NCBI GenBank assembly: GCA_951804945.1
Contig: OX638153.1
Span: 62,000,001-62,064,000 of the forward strand
DNA: 64,000 nucleotides
Origin: Podarcis cretensis
Lineage: Eukaryota
Direction of reading: 5' to 3'
Of this stretch, positions 49,801 through 61,800 are shown piece by piece. Both the position numbers and the translations under genes were made by a program. How positions within the stretch are numbered: position 1 is the stretch's first letter; each line of letters opens with the position of its first letter. The notes under the pieces were generated by a model. That model did not search any database. It worked only from the letters and a program-made list of their open reading frames with translations, and was not told the DNA's origin.

Positions 49801-52800
49801 GTTGCTACAGTAAAAGGTTTTAAGTGAGGAGCAATTTAATACAAAATACACTTTTCCCCAGCACTCAGTTAGGGCACTCTACTTTAGGAACATTGGCAGA
49901 AAATACTACAAAACCAAATATGCACTAGGGAACATCATCAAAGTATGCTTGTAAGGTTGAAAATTTAAGCATAATCACTGCTAGATTATTTCTTTTTCAT
50001 ATCTAAATTTCTCCTGCAAGAAGGTCACAGTAAAAATGAGTAAAGAACAGCACAAGCATGATTCTATAGAAAGCCTACAAAACTGTCATTTGCCATCATC
50101 CTTTAAATAAATGCCTGTTGAAATTTTTTTTTATGCTACCCAGTTTATGTAGACAATTAAGAAAACAGATTTCTGCAACAGCTAGTTGATGGTTTATTAT
50201 TTAAATGCTTACATGGTAACTATTGTGTACAGATACTGTTTTTTATGATATAGCGGATTATGATTTTTTTATAAATAAAGAAATAAAAACAATATTATTT
50301 AAAACAGGGATGGTTAACTTATGGGTGACATACGGCCTAGAAGAGAGATACATAACTAGTAAAATGGTCTTCCAACAAGACCCACCAAAATGTTATTTTA
50401 AAAACCTGACTGCTCCTATGAATTCCTCGCTGTGATGCCATATGGCAAAAGGCTTTTTGTGGCCCCAAGGCACTCCAAAATTTTATTTTAAAAGAAATTC
50501 CTAATTTCAACTTTTTAAAAAAACAAAACAAAATTAACTTAATAACCTTTTTTACAGACTGCTCCCATAGATATCCCACTGTGATACCAAAAGGTTTTCT
50601 GGGCCTTCCAAATATCAACGTTTTATTATTATTATTACATTAAAAAATAATACTGACCACTCCAACAGGTTCCCTGCTGTGATTCTGTGATGCTAAGTTT
50701 ATAGCCCCCCCCACTACACCCAAAATGTGTTCATTTCTATAATAACAAAAAATGATCACAAATGCTTTGAAGCTCTTTTCATTCTTTTAAATTATTGCCT
50801 TAAGTAGTTTTTGTTCTACACTTCTATGCTACAAATATATCTATGACCAGCACCACACAGTCTGTTAAATGAATTCAACTATTATGTCTACATTTCTTGC
50901 AGGTTGTTGTAACTCTTTTACATCTGTTCATTCTACTACCTCACACTGCAGAGGAGGTCTAAGATGACTATGTGGGCCATTAAGGGCAGAAATTGTTATC
51001 ATTTTCCCATTTTTGTAATATGCAGATGGCTTGATATATTCTACTTATTTATCCAGTGAACTCAAATATTTTAGAGTAAGAGTTGTTATCTCAGCTCCTA
51101 CCTTAAAATCCTCTAAATATTGTTTTTCCTTCACTAAATCCAGGAATATTGGTCAAACATTGGGAAAACAAAGCCCAGGATGTGTATGTATATTGAAACT
51201 TCCTTAATTACTTTGCAGTACTGCAGCCCTTACCTTCTCTCATGCTAGGGCCCAATTCTATCCTGTGTTTTTGGATAGGTTCTCTCTCTTACTGGCTTAC
51301 ATTTATTTTTTGTAACATTTATCCCATCTTTCCTTCCAAAGAAAGAAAAGCCATGGCAGATTCTAAACCCCAACACCTTAGACAGGGTTAAGCAGTTTAA
51401 TTCTAAAATGTAACAATGACACTACTTTACATTCACAAAGCCTCTCACCTCGGCCTCTAGAGGAACTTCGACCTCGAGGAGCCCCTACCACTGTTCCTCC
51501 ACCTCGTCCCATCAATCGTAGGACAGCAGCACTATTTACAGACATAGAGAAATTTCTCTGCCGAAAAGAAGAAACACGGTGAGGGAAATATTTTGTAACA
51601 ATACTATCATAAAATCAGACCTATCTCCCCTGCCCCATCAAAATTCCAATGTATTATTCAGCAATTTTCAAGCTACGTAAGTATTGCTGGTGAACTTCTG
51701 AGATGACAATTTCCTTCAATTTTCAAACATCAAAATGAGCTTTTTGCATATGAATGCTCTAGAATGTTTGAACAGTGTTTGACTCACTAGTAGAATATAT
51801 GTAAAAGGAAAGAGCCCATGTTCAATCTTGTTAAAAGGGATCTCAAATATACAGCAGGGCTAAGAAATAATTCTGCTGAGACCTTGAAAAGTTGTTGCCA
51901 GTAAGAACAGCAAGTACTGGGACAGACAGACCAACAGTCCGACACACTACAAGATGGCTTCACGTGTTCATCATGTTTAGAATATTAATTACGCAGTTAC
52001 CGTATTTTTCGCCCCATAGGACACACTTTTTGCCCTCCAAAAATGAAGGGGAAATCTGGGTGCGTCCTATGGGGTGAATGCAGGCTTTCGCTGAAGCTTG
52101 GAGAGCGAGAGGGGTCGGTGCGCACCGACCCGTCTCGCTCTCCAGGCTTCAGGAAGACATCCGCAGCCTAGGCAGCCCTGCAGGAGTTCCCGCAGGGCTC
52201 CCCACGCTGCGGATAGCAGCCTGGCGCCCGGCGCGTGAGGCGCCCTAAAGCAGAGTGCCCCTCGCGCCAGGCAGACATCCGCAGTGTCGGGAGGAGCCTG
52301 CCGCCCGGCGCGCCCTGAAGCAGAGCGTGCCGGGCAGACATCCGCCGCGTGGGGAGCCCCGCAGGACTCCCCACACTGCGGATAGCAGCCTGCCAGCCAG
52401 CGCGCAAAGCGCCCTGAAGCAGAGCGCGCCGGGCAGACATCCACAGGGTGGGGAGCCCTGCGGGACCTCCCGCAGGGCTCCCCACCCTGCGGATAGCAGC
52501 CTGCCGCCTGGCGCGTCCTGAAGCAGAGCGCCCCTCGCGCTGGGCAGACATCGGCCAGCCCCACAAGCTCGGGGGACAGCGGGGAGGCGCAGCGCCGCCA
52601 TCCCGCTGTTCCCCGACCTGGTTTTGGGGGAGAAATAAAGGAAAACATTTTTTCCTTTATTTCCCGCCCAAAAAACTAGGTCCGTCCTATGGGACGAAAA
52701 ATACGGTACTTTGCATTTGTGTATAGTGGATGTCCCTTAAGACACCAAGGAATGATTTTTTCTTTTTCAGATTAAAGAAAGTGACTTATGTTTTAAGATA

Positions 52801-55800
52801 TGAGGAATTACACAACACAGCAAAGCATTTGATTATATGCATATTCAGATACCATATTTGTATTAGGTTCAAGTCTTGGATTAAAGTGCTCCTCCCTTCT
52901 CTCCAGCCCTGCTCTAATATGCATAAAATGAGAAGATTGGATTCTGGTTTAAACTATCTATAGTTTGCTAGTACAGTGGTACCTTGGGTTAAGTACTTAA
53001 TTCGTTCCGGAGGTCCGTTCTTAACCTGAAACTGTTCTTAACCTGAAGCACCACTTTAGCTAATGGGGCGTCCTGCTGCCGCTGCGCCACCGCTGCACGA
53101 TTTCTGTTCTCATCCTGAAGCAAAGTTCTTAACCTGAGGTAATATTTCTGGGTTAGCGGAGTCTGTAACCTGAAGTGTATGTAACCTGAAGCGTATGTAA
53201 CCCGAGGTACCACTGTATGTTGAACTAGGAACTCTCTAAACTGATCTGTGTGTAACACAGTCCCTTCCTACCTGCTGTATATGCTATTCATGAAGGGGTT
53301 TCATGGCTACAAATATAGCAACATAAAAGGACACCTAAAAATTATTACTTGTAAATCTCATTGTGTTCAGAAGGACTGTGGATTTTAATATTTATCATTT
53401 AAATTATAATTTTCTAATGGCTTTGGATTTTGTATTTTTAATTGTGAGTCACCTTGAGCAATTATTTGGATAGGCAGAAAATAAATATATCAAATAAAGG
53501 AGAAAGAAAACAGAAATACTGAATTCAAGTATAAAATATTATGTCCTCCTGCAGTGTATTCTGCTGAAGCTTACTGTATTTGGGGGGGGGGGGGGTAGAA
53601 GGCAACCACTTAGCCTATAAACAGATTTTCAAAATTCCATTTCTAAAGTTTCTGATAATAATTAACTTGTAATTTCACAGCTTAAACAATGGGGGAGGGA
53701 ACAATATTTTTTTGCATGTTTCAAATATGTGTTAAAAACTCCCTGGATTAACTTGCATACTTTGAATACCCTGGAAAATTCTCTCAGCCTAAGATTTCCT
53801 GAGCCATAGCAGACATACAGTGGTACCTCAGTTTAGAACTTAATCCGTTCCGGAGGTATGTTCTTAACCTGAAACTGTTCTTAACCTGAAGCACTACTTT
53901 AGCTAATGGGGCCTCCTGCTGCCGCTGCGCCGCCGGAGCACAATTTCTGTTCTCATCCTGAAGAAAAATTCTTAACCCGAGGTACTATTTCTGGGTTAGC
54001 GGAGTCTGTAGCCTCAAGCATATGTAACCTGAAGCGTATGAAACCTGAGGTACCACTGTATTTAGAATGAAGCATACCAATATCAATTCCAGTTGAGTAT
54101 CACTCCAGGGCAACTGCTTTGTATTTGAGTGCATCTCTCTAAACCTCAAGGATCAATGAGATAACAATAGTGGAATATTCCACTTTTCCTACATTAATGA
54201 AGTATAAGGCTTACAGTGGTAACTTGGTTCTCAAACACCGAAAATCCGGAAGTGTTCCAGTTTTCAAACGTTTTTCAGAGGCCGAATGTTCAAAGCAGCT
54301 GTCAGCTATTGTTTCTGGGGCACCTGCACTAATCAGAAGCTGTACCTTGGTTTTTGAACATTTTGGAAGTCAAACAGACTCCTGGAACAGATTATGTTTG
54401 GTGCTTTTGTTTTTACTATTTATTTTGCGTTTTTGAGGCTTTCTCGGTTAATTTGTTTTTGTGACTGTGTAGAACCCAGTTCAGCTACTGATTGATTGAT
54501 TGTGTGACTGTGGTAATGGATAAAAGCCCCCCATTCAAAAATGACTATCATCAGTGCAGGTAACAAAATAATAATAATAATTTTTATTTTTATCATCTAC
54601 AATACTGTCTTATTTATTTTATAGTGCAGTACATTGATTATTGCCTGCATTTTATGCATGAATGCTCTCATTAGATAGTAAAATTCATGTTAAATTGCTG
54701 TTTGAGGGGTTGTTTTTAAAAGTCTGGAACGGATTAATCTGTTTTGCATTACTTTCTATGGGAAAGTGTGCCTTGGTTTTGGAACACTTTGGTTTTGGAA
54801 TGGACTTCCGGAACGGATTAAGTTTGAGAACCAAGATACCACTGTATAGAAATTCCCATTTTCTGTTTATTCAGAAACCAACCTGTTCTTCTTCTGTAAA
54901 AGGTACTAGTGCCAAGGGTGGTAAGGGCTCCTCCTGTAGAATAGGCAGAAACTCCTTATCAAGAAGGTCTGACGGTATCTGCAAGGGAAGAGAGAATGTA
55001 GCAAAATACATTGACCCTCAAAACATAAATGCCATGGACAATACCAATACCCAAAAGAAAGTACAAAGCAAATATATTTTTTTCTATTTCTTTTTCCAGG
55101 TCTCAGTATCTATTGAGACATACAGTGGTGCCTCGCAAGACGAAAAGAATCCGTTCCGCGATTCTCTTCGTCTAGCGGTTTTTTCGTCTTGCGAAGCAAG
55201 CCCATTGACGGCTTAGCGGATTTAGCGGCTTAGCGGATAAGCAGATAAGCGGCTTAGCAGCTTAGAAAAAGGGGGGGAGGGAAAAAAAGTCGGAAAAACT
55301 CGCAAGACATTTTCGTCTTGCGAAGCAAGCCCATAGGAAATTCATTTTGCGAAGCACCTCCAAAACGGAAAACCCTTTCATCTAGCGGGTTTTTCGTCTT
55401 GCGAGGCATTCGTCTTGCGGGGCACCACTGTATCTGGAAACCAAAAATGTATACTAATAAAGAGAATTATGGGCATTATTCTAGCAACTACTAAAAGCTC
55501 CTTCAGAAGTCTAAGCAACTAATGACATTTCAAAGAAGTTTAGAGTTTTATGAGTTTAGCATTTTCTCCTTGGTTTCATTAGCATACACTTAAAACTATG
55601 AATGGATTTGCAAGCAACCAGACAGGAACATTCTTCTCCTAACTTACCTTACTATCTTTCAGGAAAAGTGCTAACATTTCTTCTCTCCCATAACGATAAT
55701 CTGCTAATTTATACTTTGGCAAAGCTGGAGAAAGGGGAGGGGATGTCACACTCCCACCGCTAGACAGAGCTCGCAGCCTATAGGGGAACAAATAGGGAAG

Positions 55801-58800
55801 AAGAAATTAAGACAACCAATTATGTACTCTGCTGTCAGGACAACAAACCTTCAGACTACAGTGATGTCAAACAGAAATCCCTTTCTATCCTGCAGAAGTA
55901 GCTAAAGAAAGCTATTTTTATATAGCCTTAGTTGAAAATTATTCACAAAAGATTCTTAAATGCACTTCACATAGTTTTAATGTGAAGTTCACATGGAGTC
56001 AACAGTTGGGATTTTTAATTTTGTTCCATTATAACTGATGTTCTGAACTGGCTGTTGCTTAGGCCAATACATCTAAATAGGTCACCATGTCATTCGCATT
56101 ACAATTACAGGCGACACATGTGCAAAGGTGGTTATCAACATACTGACATTGGAGACCTGATACCACCATTCAGCACTGTCAGACAAGTGCTGAATCCCAT
56201 GTGACTCACATGGACCTGCTTTATTTTTCATTTTTTTCTAACGCCTGGCACAAAGGAGCACCAAACTGAATGACTAAAGCTGTTACCAGCTACCCTGAAC
56301 ACATCTGGGTCCTTCCCCTCAATCATCACTCTGTAATGCTTCATCAGGACTCTAAGGAATTCTGGACAAAGTAAGATGGCAGTGGTTCCAATCACAGTAT
56401 TCCTCCTGAGATGGGCAGTGCTAAAAGGCACTGCCGCCATCTCACCACAGGTCTCTGCTATGGCTTCTCTCACTAGTGGCATTGCCACTGGTCCTCACCA
56501 CTCCATCTCTCAGAGCCAGATGAACTGCCACTACTCTTGGTCCCAAGGTCAGTCTTGGTCCTTGATTCCCAGGAACAAACCTGGCCCTGGCTCTGTAATG
56601 CATATTCTGTTAATAGTCTATGACTAAATATACTGAAAAGAAAAGCCTAGTTTGAAGAAGTTGTTGCAACATAAGTATAAGATATACAATGGCCCAGATT
56701 AAAGAACTCTATCTGCCCAGAAGGGTTTTATACTTGCTTTTCCACTAACAGCATTCCTACAGCCATGCTGCGTGGCAAATAGCTTCTGGAAGTAAATGGA
56801 CGTTTAAAAAAGCTTTGTGATACAGCATGAGAATGTCAGCTGCTCAAAGGAGAAAGTTCAACTTGGCTGGCAAAAACTCCTTGCCCATGTCTAATTACCG
56901 TATTTTTCGCTCTATAACACGCACCTGACCATAACACGCACATCGTTTTTAGAGGAGGAAAACAAGGGAAAAAACATTCTGAATGAAACAGTGGGTGTAT
57001 CATTTTTGTGCTTCATGCTGTGGCCACAGACATGTGATCTGATGGTGAATTTGGGGTGACCCAATGCAAAAATCCTGAGAATCCCTGTGGATCCATGCTT
57101 TGTAACCACGTTTTTGCACCATTGCAGCCCCAGGCAACAGTGGGTGCGTGATTTTTTGGGGGCAGGCTGTAGCCATGGACATGCTATGTGCTCTGATGGT
57201 GAATTTGGGCTGACCCAATGCAAAGATCCTGAGGATCCATGTGGATCCATGTTTTGTAACCACGTTTTTGCACCATTGCAGCCCCAGGCAACAGTGGGTG
57301 CGTGATTTGGGGGGGGGGCAGGCTGTAGCCATGGACATGCTATGTGCTCTGATGGTGAATTTGGGCTGACCCAATGCAAAGATCCTGAGGATCCATGTGG
57401 ATCCATGTTTTGTAACCACGTTTTTGCACCATTGCAGCCCCAGGCAACAGCGTGATTTTTGGGGGGCAGGCTGTAACCATGGACATGCTATGTGATCTGA
57501 TGGTGAATTTGGGGTGACTGAATGCAAAGATCCTGAGGATCCATGTAGATCCATGCTTTTTAACCACATTTTTGCACCACTGCAGCCCCAGGCAACAGTG
57601 GGTGCGTGATTTTTGGGGGGCAGGCTGTAGCCATGGACATGCTATGTGATCTGATGGTGAATTTGGGCTGACCCAATGCAAAGATCCTGAGGATCCATGT
57701 GGATCCATGCTTTTTAACCACATTTTAAGTGGGGAGGGAAGGAAAAACACAGAAGGGACAAGGAGCAGGAGAGGGGTGTGCAGAGAAGCAGCTGGCTAAG
57801 AATGCAGGAGAGGGGTAGGGAGGAAAGGAAGGCACAAATTTTCCCTCACCTACCCACCCAAGCCAGCCAGCTCGCGCTCGCTCTCTCTCTCTCCCTCCTG
57901 CATGTTTTCAGCTTTCCCCTCTGCTTGCCTGGAGGGGAGGGGCTTTCCCTGCTCTTTGTTCCGTTTGAGCAAACACAGCAAGGAAACAGAGATGGGTGGG
58001 CAGAATGCCAGAAAGCAGCCGCTTCCTCTTTTCAAGAGGCGATTTGATTTTTGCTTGCTTTTTTTTGCCTCCCCTTGCACCAATTGGCTCCAGGGACCAC
58101 ACATTCGCTCAATAACACGCACAGACATTTCCCCTTCCTTTTTAGGAGAAAAAATCTGCGTGTTATAGAAGGAAAAATACGGTAGCTTTTTTTCAGGGCC
58201 TAGTCACAGAAAGCAGTATGCTACTAAGTACTGAAGGATGTACTATACTGTGATGACAAATTTGAAGATTTAAATTTATTTCCCCATTCTCTTTCTCATT
58301 CGCCATCTATTTTCATCTTCTCAAATTCCCCTCTACCTAGTCTCTTGAAGCTACTTACTTCAGAGACCTGTTCTATACACAGGGAGGCTACTGTACTCTG
58401 AACTAGATGGGACCCTGAAGGCCTATCTACCACATACGAGCCTGTCAGAGAACTCACTGTTTAATAAAGAACTATGTATACCTACCCTTAGGGTGAAAGG
58501 TTAGTGTGAAAAGCTTTCAACAACATCTTGTAAAAGTTACAGATACTAGCTGACCATGCAGGAAGCATTCCACAGTGCATAGAAATGCTATCCTCTTCCC
58601 TTCCTTTACCAGGCTGTTTACCCTCACAGCCTGCTCTACAGTGGATTGCAGCATTAAAGCAGCAGGCCTCCATCCTGCCTGCTGCTTCTTAGCTCTTGAA
58701 GAAGGCAGGGTATAGAAGCCTGAACAAACCCAACGTGTATAAAAATCATCCCATGTATTATGTATCCCTTATTCTGATTCCGCACATGTGCCACTACACT

Positions 58801-61800
58801 TATTCTGAATTGGAAACCAGAATTATTGGGGATGCAGGAAAGTGATCTGTTCTGGATCCACAGCAGGCTTTCAAATAACAGTTCCATCTTTTTTTTAAAA
58901 AGTTTCAGTGCGGTTTTCACTTCAGGTTCAGTTTGATTCTGAGTCACAACATGCATTTTCTAAGGTCTGAACTTTATTTTAGTTACCACAGTTTAATCAA
59001 ACACAAATAAAACTAATACCTTATTCAGACAACCCCCCAAAACAAGTTTTTACACTCCCTCCTCGTGAATGGATTCCCACCAGCATTTTACAGTTGCTCT
59101 AACCAGTTACCCATAATGTCTCAATTGGGCAACTATTATCAGCACCCAACACAATAAGTATTTGCATCTCAACAGCCACATTTTGATGTTATGCTAAACC
59201 CGTGAAGTGTGATGTGAACTGGCCTTTGGCAGGAGGAAGAGTTTGGTTTTGAAGTCAAATTGCTTTGCATTTTGAATCCTAAAGTGTGATTAATGTTAAC
59301 TATGGCTTATTTAAACAAGCTGGATTCATAACCAATGGTTGGATGTTGGTCTATTTTAAACAAACTGTTAAGATAACTGCAGTTTCATCAGACAAGATGA
59401 CAAATGAGCCATTTTTATGCAAAAAAATTGGAAGCAAACATAAATGCAGCTTTATTTACATTATGTGCTTTATATTTTGACAACTCCAGAATTATGTGTC
59501 AGAGATCTTCAAGGACAGAGGTTTTCAGACCAATGGTATCATAGCTGCTGTCTGTAACAGTAACCAGTGACTAAGGATTGTGATTTGTTTCTGTGTATAT
59601 TGTATAAAGTGTAAATTATAGGTAAATGTAAACCTATCTAAAATAATACTGTTGAATTAAAAGGCAGCTAAACTGAAGTCCAGCATCTGCGCAGATCTGA
59701 ATCTCTTTACAAGTATTCAATAAAAGCTACTGCTAACTAGTGGAGAGCCAGCAATCAAAAAGTTACTCTGAAATATTACAAAAACTATATAATGTTAAAA
59801 TCAAAGCTTATCTCATACAACTTTTCAGATCGCTGCTGCTATTTATAATTTAGGAGGATTCAAGGCACTCCAACTAGCAATTTGGGATTAACTCTCATTG
59901 GTTTGCTGCCACCATGTGGTAGCACTTTTCATGACATTTAAATAAACATCACTTGTGAATAACCTTCCACTTTTATATGAACCAAGAATCTGAAAAAATT
60001 AGTACTATATAATGGATATGAAAGGTATCAAAACAATACTTTCTGAAACTCTAAAGCAGAGGTAAGGAACCTCAGCTCCAGGAGCCAGCTATAGCCCTCC
60101 AGGCCTCCATGTCTTCCCAGGACACACATGCCTTCACCCTTTACTTGTCCTGCTCCACACTCTCAACTGCCTTAAACTGTGATGACTCTTCTTGCTTGCT
60201 TACCTAAATGGAGGATGGGGAGATGTGCATGTAGGAACCTCTGGTTTTTGTGTGGCTGGAATGTAGCCTACCGGACAATGGCCAGACTCATCTCTATAGT
60301 TTCTAGCTGAAAGCTGCCCACAAAGTAATGTGGCCCTCAGGTAGACCCCAATCCTGCTCAAAATTAATGTGCCAAAAAGTTACTAAAGATTTTTAATTAA
60401 GCTAACTGCTATTCTCCATTTTGCTACCAAATGGTTTTTAATGCGCGGTTAAAAACAAAAACACACATTAAAAATTATCTATTAGACAGATAGGAAAAAA
60501 GAAGAGGATTTTCATAATATAATCTATTGAACAATGCCGTGCATTTGATATATGCCCATTAAAAGTTTATATATTGTTTTTTATTGATTTGCTTCATAAC
60601 TGGAATGCATTTATGGGAATCTAATGCCGAAACTACACATTACACGTAGTTCTTCTAGGACCTGTTGCTTATAAAATAAAACCAACTGAGGTTGCAGTCT
60701 GAAGCAGAGGGGAAATGGAACAAGAGACTTTTAACTCTTTCTACTTGTTCCATTTTCCCACCAAGAATTGTCCCTTAGATTACTTTTACGAGGGTGTAAG
60801 AAGTCCCCCCCCCCAAAGTGGAAAATGAAACAAAGCAAAATGGTTAAGAAACCCCCTCATTAGTCTTCCACTTCACATTGCTACCTTCTCAGCTGTTCTA
60901 AATACAGTGGTGCCTCGCAAGACGAAATTAATCCGTTCCGTGAGGCTCTTCGTATAGCGGTTTTTTCGTCTTGCAAAGCAAGCCCATTGACAGCTTAGCG
61001 GATTAGCGCAATTAGCGGTTTAGTGGCTTTTAGCGATCAGCTGTTAAGCGGCTTATCAGCAGATCAGCTGATAAGCGTCTTATCAGCTTAGGAAAAGGGG
61101 GGGGAAGGGGGGGAAACCGCAGGAACTCGCAAGACATTTTCGTCTTGCAAAGCAAGCCCATAGGGAAATTCGTTTTGCGAAGCGCCTCCAAAACGGAAAA
61201 CCCTTTCGTCTAGCGGGTTTTCCGTCTTGCGAGGCGTTCGTCTTGCGGGGCACCACTGTAAAAATAGAGAGGCATAAAATGCATAGAGGCCTCCAAGCAC
61301 TTGGTGACATTCTTACTTCCAAGTAAAAGCAAGAATAGTGTTATAATGGTGAATTTACAGCAGCAGTTTTTGCTTTGTACCTTCTTTCTGACAAAAACAT
61401 CTGCTCAGCAGACTCTCCCACTGGTGGGAGGGGAAACAGGTGATTTCTGCCAATAGCCGCTTCTCTCTGCAGCCCCCTATGCTGCCCTCATCTGACTTTT
61501 ATTGAAAAACATTTAAGACTAGGATAGGAGGTTGGAAATTGTTTCAGAGGAGGGAGCAAGGAACATGCATTCCCAATATTACTTCCAGCTTTTCAAATCA
61601 TGGTTTTCAAGAAGCAGGCATTATGTCTGCACCAGGCTAATATGCTTATTAGTAACAGAAGGATGAGAATGAATGAAAATATCCTGTTGAGCTGTTAAGT
61701 ATTAATCTTTTGAATAATGTACTGTTAAGTATGCACGTTTGCACAAAAGATGCCGTTTCATTAAAAATATAGTATATAAACTATGTACACTTTTCCTGCA

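Noticed and set aside
52067-52726. Several overlapping long ORFs (up to 193 aa)
   Set aside because: Caused by a stop-poor GC-rich tandem array within a MITE; no recognisable domain
54170-55216. Plus-strand ORFs 54170..54436 and 54662..55216 as a transposase
   Set aside because: They span non-coding MITE sequence and the antisense of GIGYF2 exon 3; no HTH or DDE motifs seen
57030-57725. Regularly spaced repeats and repetitive Cys/His-rich ORFs (CRISPR or zinc-finger-like)
   Set aside because: Whole units are repeated with no unique spacers; eukaryotic context; frames shift between units; lies inside a TIR element
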